From assembly GCF_018977255.1 (NCBI RefSeq), contig NW_024704743.1, positions 53,632,001-53,696,000 on the forward strand: a stretch of 64,000 nt of DNA, read 5' to 3'. The notes below the pieces were generated by a model. That model searched no databases. It was given only the letters and a program-made list of their open reading frames with translations, and was not told the DNA's origin. Both the position numbers and the translations under genes were made by a program. Of the stretch, positions 28,101 to 40,033 are shown in pieces. Source of the stretch: Callorhinchus milii (taxonomy: Eukaryota). The number at the start of each line of letters is the position of its first letter. Position 1 is the first letter of the stretch.

Positions 28101-29266
28101 TAATAAATACACTATATCCTTAATATTAAAGAGACATGATTACTTTTTGGATAAAACCTAGATTTGTTTTAGAAGGGCTGAGATGTAGTTTTGGCATTGT
28201 GAAATCCTTACAAATTACCCAGTGATATAAATTACCCAGTGATATTTTAGTGACGGTAATGTCATTCAAATTTGGGGGTTTCAGTACAGCAGACCTGAAA
28301 TTCCACCCAGTTTTAGCTGGTGAGACCATTTGTCTAAACATTTTAATATCATCGAATTGCAGAAAAATTCAGAAATTTCAGGCTTAATTTGCAAGTGTGT
28401 TTCCTGCAATTTTTTTAAAAAAGCTTCCAAAATAAGATTGAATTCCTGAATTTTCCATAATATGCATGACCGTGAATTTTAAGACAAAATGATCTTACAG
28501 GCTGAGATGAGCTGGAATTTTGTGCCTAGTCAAACACTTTTCTAATGACTTTACGAAAGGTGATTTTGCCTCACTAATAAACAATATAAATCAATATTGA
28601 AAAAACATGTTTTAAACCTTTTTGCAATAGAAAAATACAACATCATTTTTTTTAATTACTAGGATTTAATTGTAAGGTTATATTGCACTTAATGTGCCAA
28701 ACAGTGCTGAATCACAAAACCCTCAGAATAAATAAAGTGAGAGAAATCATCTCTAAATCAATTCTCACTGGAGCCTGGCAATGAGATCACTGGTTTTGGC
28801 TGGACATTGACTCAGGCTGCTGCACTGTACGTACATCAGTTCCTGCTCAATGGTCTATTAAAAATTCTTGGGCAGTCCACCGATGGATTAGGAACCTTCA
28901 AAAGGCAATATTAGCGTTATTAAAGAGCCAGTTACACTCTGGCTCTTCATTATCATTAAACAACTAATGTTGGTTATCAGAGCTCTACACATGCACTTAA
29001 CCACATCACATCTCTGACCTCTGCTCAGCCTTGCAAAGAACAATTGAGAGCAGGAAATGTAAATCCACATTGGCTCCTCTGCTCACTCTACTGTTGGAAG
29101 CAATGTCACATTGCTTCAAACTGTAAAAGCAGAGATTTGTGCACTGCTTTATACTTAAACTATAGCTCTGGTTTCATTACAGAACAACAATTATCTGCCT
29201 TAATAGCAGATTACTTTCATAAGTTGAACTAAAACGTTCATAACCACATGGTTTGGTTGCCTTAGT

Positions 29267-31506
29267 TCACAACTTTGGTGCTGATTTGAAGAATCGAATG
29301 GCTCTGAATGTTTTCTCCATGAATATAGTAAAGTCTCTAAGGATGACGTGGACTTTCACTTGGGTATCCCACTCTACTCCAGAGGTCAGATTTGCGGCGG
29401 AAACCTCCTGCTCACTCATAGCCAGCTGAGTGCTGCCAACCTCGGTTGTTAACTGAAATAACAAAAAAACAGGATAATGAGTAACTCAGGCTTCCAGAGC
29501 AGCTGTAGATCTAGCAGCTGTCATGCCAGAAACTACTGTTTTCCCTCTTTTCTTTTTGAGCTCAGCAAAGTTTACATATTTCATGGTCCTGGGCAGATAA
29601 CAAGATATCTGAAGGCACATTCTTGAAAACCTACGTGCAATAGTTTCTGAAGCAAAATTCCATTTGCGCCTACCTGGTTTGTGATGAGTTCAGCTAGACG
29701 CTGGACACTGGATTTCATCCACACCACTTCATTATGTGAACTCCCCAAGGAATTCTCCACGATGGACAAACTCGACTTGTACTTAAGGAGACCAGTGACG
29801 ATCGTTCTCAGGCATGTTTGCTGAACAGGAGAAAAAAAACTTTTCAGTATCCTTGGGGAGCTTTTTAAAGACTAACACCATAATTTCAACGGAATAGTTA
29901 ATACAGGTAAATAATAATAATAAACAAGAACTCAGAACCATGAAGGAGAACAGATTGGCTGCCGCGTTCGCCCACAAATATACAGTCAATTCACTTTGCA
30001 GTGTGTTCTGTGAAGCGCTTTGGGATGTCCTCCCGACGTGAAAAGCGCTACATCAAATGCAAGGATTATTATTATTATTATTGGGCACCACAACTTGAAC
30101 TGCATTGAAACATTGTTGTCTTTGAAGAAAAATGAGACCAGCGTGAAGGCCTTGAGCTTCTTCTCAGTGTGGCCCAACAGGACAGTGTCCACCACAACCT
30201 CCAGATGAAAATCAACAATTGGGACAGCTAACCCTCGTAACTTCCAATCAATACCTAAAAGGCCCTCCCTCAAGCCATGCACTTAGGGGCACATCATCAT
30301 GTCCCACTGAGCGGCCAGTGTTCAAGATGGTGAGTGCAGCGCACAAGATCCCAGATGAGTCAGCCGACAGCACACAATTATTTGCAAGCAGAAACATCAC
30401 AATTCTATCAGAATGCTTGAAACAGACACACCAATTCTGTTTCCCTCAATGTAATCCAGTACATCATTGATGAGTACAAAGAATAAGGTGGGTGACAATG
30501 GGAGACCTTGCCTTAATCCCTTACAAGAGGGACAGACCCAGTGAGTCTGCCATCATGCAAAGGGTTGTGGAAATCTGGAACTCTCTTCCCCAAAGGCTGT
30601 GGATGCTGGATCCATTCAAATTTTCAAGACTGAGATGGATAGATTTTTGTTAGGTAAAGGTATCCAGGGATATGGGGCAAAGGCAGGTAATTGGAGTTGA
30701 GGTACAGATTAGCCATGATCTAATAGAATGGTTGAACAGGCTTGCAGTGCTGAATGGCCTACTCCTGTTCCATGTTCTAATCAACATTTATTAACAGGGC
30801 TGGCGGAGCTAGAAATACACAGCTCAGTAGTGAAGGCAGGAGTGCAATCACTATGTATTGCACAGTGGGGCAGCAGAGAGTTATTTTCTGAGGGTTGAAG
30901 AATGGGTTCATTCAATGCCTGGACCATTGCATTACAAGAAATATATTCTAAAACAATCAAACAATAACTATCAGGGGCACTTACCTTGTGGTAATTGGTC
31001 CTTGAACACCGGTCTTCAGCCCGTATTTGGGGCAGATGGAGCTGGTTGCTCAGCAGTTTGCTCCAGTCACCGTCACACTGGGCGAAGTAGTCACACAACT
31101 ATAAGGCAAAGTGGGGGATGAGCGCATGTGAGCAGCCAAACTGCTGGCGGTGTGAGTGAGAGCCTACAGACAGCCTACAGTGAGAGGCCACAGAGAGTCA
31201 GTCAGTCCCTCTTACCTGTTGGAACCGCAGCTCTGCCGCTGTGCTCCGGATCTGCAGCGCCAGTGACTCAGAATCACCAAAGCCTGGAGCTGATCGGGAA
31301 ATTCTGGCCATAACATCAGCTTTTTGTGTCACATCTTTCACAGGGAAAGTAGCAAAACATCCAAACAGCACCAAGAAAACTTGGCAGAAATCTGCAGACA
31401 AAGAGAGACCAGAGGATTATAAACACCAGCTCCTCCAACAACCACTCCCAGACAATTGATAAAAAAGAATTCCTTGTAAAATGTACTGACATTGTACAGA
31501 TCTCAT
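29267..31506 (-). CDS. il6: Interleukin-6-like cytokine, gene B (type 2), 5 coding exons, 212 aa
   Basis: Exons 31506-31491 (16 nt, MRSVQ+T|gtcagt), 31391-31216 (176), 31098-30985 (114), 29820-29674 (147), 29452-29267 (186 incl. stop). GT-AG introns, phases 1,0,0,0. Signal peptide MRSVQYFCQVFLVLFGCFAT; LCDYFAQCDG...EDRCSRTNYHK|QTCLRTIVTGLLKYKSSL fits the IL-6 signature; helix D EWDTQVKVHVILRDFTIFMEKTFRAIRFF. Confidence 0.88.
30555..30780 (+). mobile_element. CR1 3'-end fragment in intron 3 of gene B
   Basis: Matches the 3' end of the CR1 at 24115-24350 (GAATGGCCTACTCCTG). Confidence 0.75.
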
Positions 31507-31561
31507 GTTGAGCGGTTTACAACTGCATGTAATGTGAAGGTGTTTGTAGGCTCACTTTCAG

Positions 31562-31706
31562 TTATATATTGTGTTGGATTGCAAATTTTCCAATCCCATT
31601 TCGGCATCGTCCTCTGGACTCTCACCAATTCTCTACAATTAATTAAGCAGGGTGGCTCCTTGCTGGGAGAGAGAATGCATTCTTCTACAGAAACTAGGAA
31701 ATTTTC
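31562..31706 (-). promoter_or_regulatory. Gene B proximal promoter (TATA, C/EBP-like, kB-like)
   Basis: ATATATAA on minus at 31569-31562, ~55 nt above the ATG; ATTGCAAAT 31578-31586; GGAAATTTTC 31697-31706. Confidence 0.55.
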
Positions 31707-31740
31707 ATGTGTAGGTTGGATAACATATATCCATATGCGT

Positions 31741-32035
31741 GGAGTCCTGTAGCTCAGTGGTTAGAGCACTCGCTTTGCAAGTGAGAGACCTGAGTTCAAT
31801 TCCAGGCAGAGGGCGAAACCTTACTCCACACGCCTAATAATAATCCCTCCAAAAACAATAATAAATTGGTCATTTTCAATCTACGACTGTTTGTGGGACA
31901 TTGCTGTGCTCAATTGGCTGCTGCGTTCGCCCAAAAATATACAGTCAATTCACTTTACAGTGTGTTCTGTGAAGCGCTTTGGGACGTCCTCCCGACGTGA
32001 AAAGCGCTATATCAAATGCAAGGATTATTATTATT
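31741..32035 (+). mobile_element. tRNA-derived SINE upstream of gene B
   Basis: Full copy starting GGAGTCCTGTAGCTCAGTGG. Confidence 0.85.
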
Positions 32036-32332
32036 AATATATATGACTCCCACTCAGGTCAGCATACTCATAAAGCATGATGATGGTTTTTCAGAATGTG
32101 TCAGTGGCCAAAAAGGAATTTTGCCATCCTTATAGACGTCAAACTATTAATCACAGTTGCATTGTAATACCCCAACTATCAAGTATATATATATATATAC
32201 ATATACAGTAACCTCAGTCATAATTACTGTGGAGTGTAGAAAGAGGGAAATGAAAGAAGCGGAGCGAATACCAGCCCATATGCACATTGATAATTTTCTC
32301 GGCTTCCTCTCTTCTGAATGTTTTTGACTTTT

Positions 32333-32580
32333 TTAATAATAATAACCCTTGCATTTGATATAGTGCTTTTCACGTCTTTGAGATGTGTCAAAGCGCTTCA
32401 CAGAATAGGCTGTAAAGTGAATTGACTGTATATTTTGGGCGAACGCGGCAGCCAATTGCACACAGCAGTGTCCCACAAACAGTCGTGGATTGAAAATGAC
32501 CAATTTATTATTATTGTTTTGTTTTTGAGGGATTATTATTAGGCGTATGGGGTAAGGAAACTTGCCCAAGATTTCGCCCT
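32333..32580 (-). mobile_element. SINE, 5'-truncated
   Basis: Body and tail of the same family, head missing. Confidence 0.75.
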
Positions 32581-33549
32581 GTTTTCCAGTTTACCAGTTA
32601 GCCCCTGGTTCCTTGTCCAAAACATTGTTCATATAGGAGCCAATACAATGAGTTTCAGCAGGATATTTGTCCATGAGAAGCATCACAGTTCAACCTGATG
32701 TGGCTCACCTTGCACACATACAAACACATACACACATATGCACACTGGCTCTTATGAACTGAGGTCTCTGGACAGAGAACAAGAACAGGAACCCAGATTG
32801 AATTTCCTCTTGCTGAACAAGTGAGGACTTAGCCTAATTCCAGCTGGCACTTTCCAAGTGCACCATGCCTATTGCTCCCACTGGGAGTTATCCAAACCAG
32901 ACTGAGAATTCCACATATGGATGCCTCCAACACATGGAACATTTCCTGTGTCTGGAATGAAGTGCGTACTGGCTCTACTTATCTAATTCCAGAGAGTATT
33001 AGGCACAGGTTGGCAAGAGCCAAGGATTGGGGACTGTAGACCAGCGTGCACTGGGATACTGCTGGAGTGGAATGTAACCAACTAAAAGTGCATAGCTAGC
33101 CACAGATAGCACTGTCTGGCAAGCTTCCCACTGCTTGTCCAGCCAAGACCACTCTAACCTTAAGAGCTTTGACTTAAAGAGTTAATACAAACTCAGTGGT
33201 GAGCCCTACCAAGTCCTGCTGATGAACCCGGCTGACTGGTCTGTCAACAGCTATACCCTGGAGTACTGCCGACCTGCTTGGCTCAGGAACTGATTACGTC
33301 CACCACTGGGGTTGATTCAAGGAGACAATGCTTACCTCCAATACCAGCCCCCCGGCCCATTTTATGGGATCTTATTGCAAAATGCATCAAAGCGTTTGAT
33401 AGATTACTGTCAAGTATGGAGAGTTTTTTTACAGGCAAAACATGACAGCAATTTGGACCAGTGAGGTCCCATAGACAAACTGCCATGGATGACTAATTAA
33501 TTTGTAGGATTGCTGGAAAGGAATACCTTCTATTTTTGAAAGCACTGGT

Positions 33550-34430
33550 TTACAACAACAACAACTTATACTTGTATAGTGCCCTTCACGTTGGAAAGAC
33601 ATCCCAGTGCACTGGACAATGAACTCGGGTTTGGGACCCGAGCTGGGAGTGGGGGTCAGGCGGGGTGGAGGGCAGGGCGCTGGGGGTGGGAAGGTGGCTG
33701 AAGGCACGGTTGAAGAGGAAAGTCTTTTGATGGGCTTGAAGGAAACAAGGGAGGGGGTGAGGCAGAGGGATTGCGGGATAGAGTTCCTGAGTGTGGGGGC
33801 ACAGATGCTGAACGCCCGACCACCAATGGTGGGATGGGAAGTGCGGGGGACCTGAAGCAGGCTGGAGTCCACTGAGCAGAGGGAGCGGAGTGGCTGATAT
33901 GGGGTTAGGAGGTCGGGGACGTAGAATGGAACAAAATCACGGAGGGCTTTGAAGGTGAGAACAAGGGTTTTGAATTCGATTCTCTGAGGGATGGGGAGCC
34001 AGTGAAGCTGGGCAAGGATATCATAATAATAATAATCCTTGCGTTTGATATAGCCCTTTTCACGTCTTCTCGACATCTCAAAGCGCTTCACAGGGTGAAA
34101 CAAGGCAGCCAATTGCGCACAGCAGTGTCCCACAAACAATCGTGGATTGAAAATGACCAATTTATTATTGTTTTTTTTATTTTGGAGGGATTATTATTAG
34201 GCGTGTGGAGTAAGGAAACTTGCCCAAGGTTTCACCCTGCCTGGAATTGAACCCAGGTGTCTCGCTTGCAAGGCGAGTGCTCTAACCACTGAGCTACAGG
34301 ACTCCACAGGGGTGGGGGTGATTAGTTCGTGGAGCTTGGTGCGGGAAAGGACACGAGCTGCAGAGTTCTGAATAACCTGCAGCTTGTGGAGGAAAGTGTT
34401 GGAAAGTCCAGCGAGCAGGCAGTTGGCATA
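33550..34430 (-). mobile_element. L2 3' fragment with inserted tRNA-headed SINE (34023-34305)
   Basis: ILAQLHWLPIPQRIEFKTLVLTFKAL...GRAFS on minus; (CAA)n tail at ~33552; L2 sequence resumes after the SINE head. Confidence 0.75.
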
Positions 34431-34679
34431 GACAGTAATTAGTTTAATATCTCATCCGCAAGGATGACAATGTGGGCTCTTCCAATAGCGTACAAGGTTG
34501 TGAGCCAGGACTTGGAGTTCCAGTCCCAGGGTGGTGCTTGGACCCACAACCTTCTGACTCAGAGCTTAGAGTGCTACCAAATGAGCCACAATGAAAGCTG
34601 AGTGAGTAAAGTATTTGAAAACAAATCAAAAAAGGTCAGCATGTAGGCTCTGGAACAGGAGACTTAAAATGCAATATAA

Positions 34680-34987
34680 TTTATTGAAACTCATTTAAAT
34701 TTGATTCCGGCAGCAATAATTTGGAAGATATGGGAGAAATACATTATAAAATTGGGTCAGGACTTAACAACAGTTAACTCATGGTTTCATTAAATATATA
34801 ATTATTAATTTAACATATTATAAATAGCCAACTTCATTATATTATTTGTAGTTTCACAAAACTGAACCGAAATTCATTTTCTTGGTTCTGAATATAGAAC
34901 AGCATCGACATCCACCGCAGAAGCAGATTTTATCCAGGAACATGTTTGAACTAAAACATTCATACATTGAAGTTGTTGCTGTTATTA
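34680..34987 (-). promoter_or_regulatory. Gene C 3'UTR with AU-rich tract, two hairpins and candidate polyA signal
   Basis: Highly similar to the A 3'UTR over ~34800-34987; hairpins at 34947-34962 and 34885-34900; AATAAA on minus at 34685-34680. Confidence 0.55.
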
Positions 34988-37900
34988 TTACACAGCTCCA
35001 GGGATCGATTTCATGAATCGAATGGCTCGAACCGTGCTCTCCATGAAGAAAGCAAATTTTCTGAGGATCACGTGAACTCTCACTTGCCTATCCCATTCTG
35101 TTTGCAAAGACATGTCCGGGTTCAAAGCCTCCTGGTTACTTTCATCCCACTGAGGAATTCTTCTACGAGTCTTTCTCTTGAAACAAAGAAACACAAAACA
35201 ATATTTAGTGGTGAATGATAAGTGTCAATCTAAAAAAAAAGCACAATAAAATAAAAAACAGCTGTACAGAGTGGCCTGTCTGCCCTGAGATGTACATTAG
35301 TTATATATACATTTAAGTGAAAGATATAAGTAAAAGGTGTGATTTTAGTAATAGAACTAAATTGTATAACACATAGAACCAAAGAAAATTACAACACTGT
35401 AGGATGATCCACTGTATAACGTGTCAGTATTTGTTCTTCCAATGAATCCATCTATCCTAATCCTAATTCGCTGCCAATGTAAAGTGTATGGTATATTGAT
35501 CCATAAATAATTGCTCATGTCTGAAACTCCTGAGTTCGAAGATAGATCATCGATCTATCTTAGTGTGTAGGTGAATGTTTTTTTAATTTATAATCTGAAC
35601 AGAATACAATTCTGAAGAGAATGCTTGTGTGTAGAAACCTGTTCCAGCTTGAGCTGTTTTGCACTGATCACCTACTGCAGTGTTTCTGAATAACTAGTCT
35701 GTGAAGACTCGTGCTCGTGTTATTCTCAATGACTGGTGTGCGAGGGGTATTGCTAGTCTTTGATAACCTCCATTGGCTAGTCCACACTGGAGATCTTTTT
35801 AGATTGAATAATTGGACAGGCTCATTTAATAATAATAATAATAATCCTTGCATTTGATATAGCGCTTTTCACGTCAGGAGGACGTCCCAAAGCGCTTCAC
35901 AGAACACACTGTAAAGTGAATTGATTGTATATTTGTGGGCGAACGCGGCAGCCAATTGCGCACAGCAATGTCCCACAAAAAGTCGTGGATTGAAAATGAC
36001 CAATTTATTGTTGTTTTTGGTGGGATTATTATTTGGCGTGTGGAGTAAGGAAACTTGCCCATGGTTTCGCCCTGCCTGGAATTGAACTCAGGTCTCTTGC
36101 TTGCAAAGCGAGTGCTCTAACCACTGAGCTACAGGACCACTCTCAATGGTCTGACATATTTTAAGAAGAAACTGAGCTGGTCCCTGATATATATATAAAA
36201 TAGAGTGACCAGAGGTTGTGTTCTGTGCAATAATTACCTCCAGTGGGAGGAAGTCAGACAGAAGCTTCATGCTGTTCAGCATTATATCCACTTGCTGCTT
36301 TTCATCATTGATCCATTGGTTCACAAACTTCAGATATTTTTTGTATTCCTGAAATCCTTTGATGATCTTTGAGAAACATTTTTCCTGCAAACAACGTGTA
36401 TTTTCAACATGACTTCAGATATTGACATATGCAATGGGTGAACTCTTTTATGCAAATTCTATTATTCAAACAATTATTAATCTCTGAATTATTAAATAGA
36501 CATTTTTTCACACCCTGTGTGTAAAAGACAAATTTTAAGATTACCGCGGTGCTTGCATTGTCACTGTTGCATTGCCAAGTTCAGTCATAATTTGAAAGTC
36601 AGTTCATTTTAAGAACTACAAAACTGGTTTCAAAATTAAGACTGAAATTTTGAATTTTTCAAACATTCTGTGCATTATTAAACTTTAAGACAAAATAGAT
36701 TTCAGACTAAGACTGATAATATCAATTGGTAAATAAATGTAATAAAAGTTGATGTAACGATTGTTGGAGATTAATGTTAGTTTTCACCAGCATGTAGCGA
36801 CTGTTACACATGTAGTTAAATGCCTCACCTTCCGGAATCTCCTCTGGAAACACTTGTCCTCTTTTCTAATCTGAGGCAGCTCCATGGGAGGCAACAGCAG
36901 CAGAGAGCTCATATTCCGGTCAGACAGGGAAAAAAAATCATGCAACTGGAAGAAAAGTACACTTTACTAACTTTTGTGTCTGTCTGCTCAGTTGGTAATG
37001 TTCTTGCCTCTGAGTCAGAAGATTGTGGAACGAAGCCCCATGTCGGGACTTCATAGTCTTAGTTGATGGCAGGCTGGTAGCTAGGACTAGAGTGAGCTCA
37101 GCCCCCCCCACCACCCCAAATCTGTCTACCAGCTCAACAACTTTTCTCCAGTTTTGGCTAAAGGGATGTTGTGGCGCTCTCTCTGAGTTGTGTAACGAGA
37201 CGTGAAGTAAAGTGAGTGTCGTCAATGAGCTCAGTGAGCAGGAGTTGGATCTCATGCCGGGACACACACACAACTAGAGACACACACACATTTTCCAGTC
37301 TTCAACAAAGCGCAGTTAGGATGTATGAGGTGAACATGGCTCAGCTCAGCACCCCCAAAGAATATTTTCACCCACCGACTATGCGGGTGATACTCTAATG
37401 GAGTGCTAAGGAAGTTCTGAATTGGCACAGATACTATCAATTGGATGAGATGTGAAACTGAGGTCCTGTCTGTGTCTTTAGGTAGATGTTGGATGGTAGA
37501 TCTCACGGCACTATTCAAAAAGAGAATTTCTCCTGGTGTCATGACCAGCAAACCCCCAGATTAAACAGTTACCTGGTCATTCACTTTATGGCTATTTGTT
37601 GGACAATGCTTTGTGCAAATGGCCTGAAGACAGTCACTGCACTTTACAGAAAACTTTGTGAAATGATTGGGGTCATTTCAACAGAATTAAGTGCTACATG
37701 AAATATAGTGATTATTATCGTTATTATTAGATTTCTAATGGCTTCCAAAATTCCTGTCATTAATATTTAAGATTTCCAGTGTGTTCTAATAATTCAATTG
37801 TATTCAATTTGCAGTAATACAAACTGATAATTTAACATTTAACACAGTAATTAGTTTTTCCTATTTCCTCTACAGTACTGCAGCTTTTGACTAAGCCTGT

Positions 37901-38248
37901 TTTAATTGTAGTTTAAAGTTTCATAGTTCAGACTTACTTGTTTTTTGTGCAGTTCAGTGGCAATACTCTGGATAAACAGAGCCAGAGATTCCAAATTCTC
38001 ATTTCCAGAAGGAAAGCTCAATCCAGCATTTCCAGAGAAGTCCACAGAGACTTCTGAGGAGTCAGGCAGGGGGGAAGCAGCGGCTCCAGGCAGGAAGGTT
38101 CCCAGGCTCAGCATCAACACCAGGGCAATCTGGCAAAGGGCTGGAAAGAAACACAAGGAGAGTCAGTCAGTGGCAAATGTCTGTTCAGAGAGGCTGGGCT
38201 GTAAAGATTAGACATTGGTGGTTAATACTAACATGGTAAAGAGGGCAT
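34988..38248 (-). CDS. il6: Interleukin-6-like cytokine, gene C (type 1, paralog of A), 5 coding exons, 223 aa, lacks first Cys pair
   Basis: Exons 38248-38233 (16), 38140-37938 (203), 36945-36829 (117), 36384-36238 (147), 35176-34988 (189). GT-AG introns, open frame throughout. Exon 3 [39 protein letters not shown]; exon 4 EKCFSKIIKGFQEYKKYL (signature with G-F for G-L); exon 5 nearly identical to A from DESNQ onward. Confidence 0.88.
35828..36137 (-). mobile_element. tRNA-derived SINE (in intron 4 of gene C)
   Basis: Full copy; head ~100 nt from the exon 4 donor. Confidence 0.85.
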
Positions 38249-38347
38249 GGCTGAGAATTAGCAAGTAGTCTGTCTGTCTGTCTGTCTGTCTCAGGACCGT
38301 CTCTGATGGTGTCCAAGAAAGAGTTTGGTCTCCACAGGGCATCCTGG

Positions 38348-38396
38348 CTATTTATTTTGTTGGGGATCGCTCTCTGGCTTTCCCGGTGGAAACCCC
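38348..38396 (-). promoter_or_regulatory. Gene C proximal promoter (TATA-like, two NF-kB-like sites)
   Basis: Near-identical to the proximal part of the gene A promoter: AAATAAATAG 38357-38348, GGGAAAGCC 38384-38376, GGGGTTTCC 38396-38388. Similarity to A stops at 38396. Confidence 0.65.
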
Positions 38397-39155
38397 TTTA
38401 AATCGTGGTCTCTATTTCACCAGCTTGTTTAAAAATAAGAACAAGAAAAACACGTAAGGTCTACATGATAGGCCAGCCCAGTATTACAAAGCTCATATTA
38501 ATAGTTTCCCCAAGATTTCACCAGGAGTTTGATAAAGAAACTAGGAGAAAACTTCCCCATCAGAGTGAAAGTGCTGTGTTTGTGAAAACTTATCTAAGTC
38601 AATATTTAATTAATGTGATTTACGGTGATACTGTATGTAAAAAGGAAATTTAACTTGTTGTAAGGGTGAGTGTGAATGAACTTTTTAGTCCCCATATCCC
38701 CTCCATTCAGAATTGGACAGTTCAGTCAGACACCATGTCTTCCTCAATAGTGGAATAAGTTGTTTCTTTTAAGTGATTCCTGTAAATAACTGATTAAAAT
38801 ACACATATCTGTATTTGGTAATGTTAGTGCATTGATTTTAAGAGCTGTATCTCTTCAGCCTTGAAAAGGGTCGTCTCAGAGGAGTCCTTATAGAGGTATA
38901 TTCAATACTAAACTAGATTGAGAGAGCAAATCAAGAATAATTCATTCAGATGTGCTAAGGTAACAGTATGAGAAGGCATAGGTTCAGGTTATGAAGGGAA
39001 GTTCTAGGATAGACACCAGAAATTATTTTCTTACACAAAGGTAACAGCTGGAAGAGGTTACCAGAAAGGGTTGTTGAGGTTAGTACAGTAAACATATTTA
39101 AAAATCAGTTTCCTGCTGCAATGGGAAGATGATAAATAGTTCTAGAAGGATGTCA

Positions 39156-40033
39156 AATAATCCTTGCATTTTGATATAGCGCTTTTCACATCTTCTAGAC
39201 ATCTCAAAGCGTTTCACAGAATATACTGTAAAGTGAATTGACTGTATATTTGTAGGCAAAATACGGCAGCTAAGTTGCGCACAGCAGTGTCCCACAAACA
39301 GACAAACAGTCGTGGATTCAAGTGACCAATTTATTATTGGTTTTTTTCTTAAGGGATTATTATTAGGCGTGTGGAGTAAGGAAACTTGCCCAAGGTATCG
39401 CCCTGCTGGGAATTGAACCTGAGTGTCTTGCTTGAGAGGCGAGTGCTCACCTCTCGGCTGGACTATTCTAACGCCCTCCTCGCCGGCCTCCCCTCCACTA
39501 TCATCCACAAAATCCAGATTATTCAAAACTCTGCCGCCCGCATTCTCACCCGCACCAAACTCCGCTCCCCGATTACCCCAGTCCTTGCCAGACTGCACTG
39601 GCTGCCTATCCCAGAGAGGATCGACTTCAAGATCCTCACCCTTATCTTCAAATCCCTCCACTCCTCTGCACCCCCCCTACCTCTCTGATCTCCTCGCTCC
39701 TCAAAACAGTGCCCGCTGTCTTCGTTCCTCCGGGTCTGGCCTCCTCCTTGTCCCCCGATCCTCCGCTCCACCCTCAGCGGCCGTGCCTTCAGCCACTACG
39801 CCCCGAGGCTCTGGAACTCCCTTCCTCACTCGCTTCGCCTCGCTCCCCCTCTTCCTATTTTCAGGTCTCTGCTGAAAACCTTTCTTTTCGACTGCGCCTT
39901 TGGTCACCTTCCCACCCCTCCCCCTGGCTCAGCCCCGGGATCCGTTACTGTGAAGCGCTCTGAGACGTCGTCCGGCATGGAGGGCGCTACATAAATCCAA
40001 GTTGTTGTTGTTACCACTGAGCTACAGGACTCC
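39156..40033. mobile_element. Minus-strand SINE split by a plus-strand L2 3' fragment (39449-40012)
   Basis: SINE head broken at GAGTGCTC|...|ACCACTGAGCTACAGGACTCC; the insert encodes [14 protein letters not shown]...[15 protein letters not shown] and ends in (GTT)n. Confidence 0.8.

Noticed and set aside
29267..31506. Calling type-2 genes G-CSF (CSF3) or IL-11
   Set aside because: Helix D is closely similar to the type-1 genes, exon 3/4 sizes are 114/147, and they are tandem with them and share UTR elements. Phylogeny is still needed for a formal exclusion.
31741..31815. tRNA-Ala(TGC)-like gene (also at ~7050-7120, 10850-10923 and elsewhere)
   Set aside because: These are heads of a multi-copy SINE, always fused to the same body and (TTA)n tail, and lack a proper acceptor stem.
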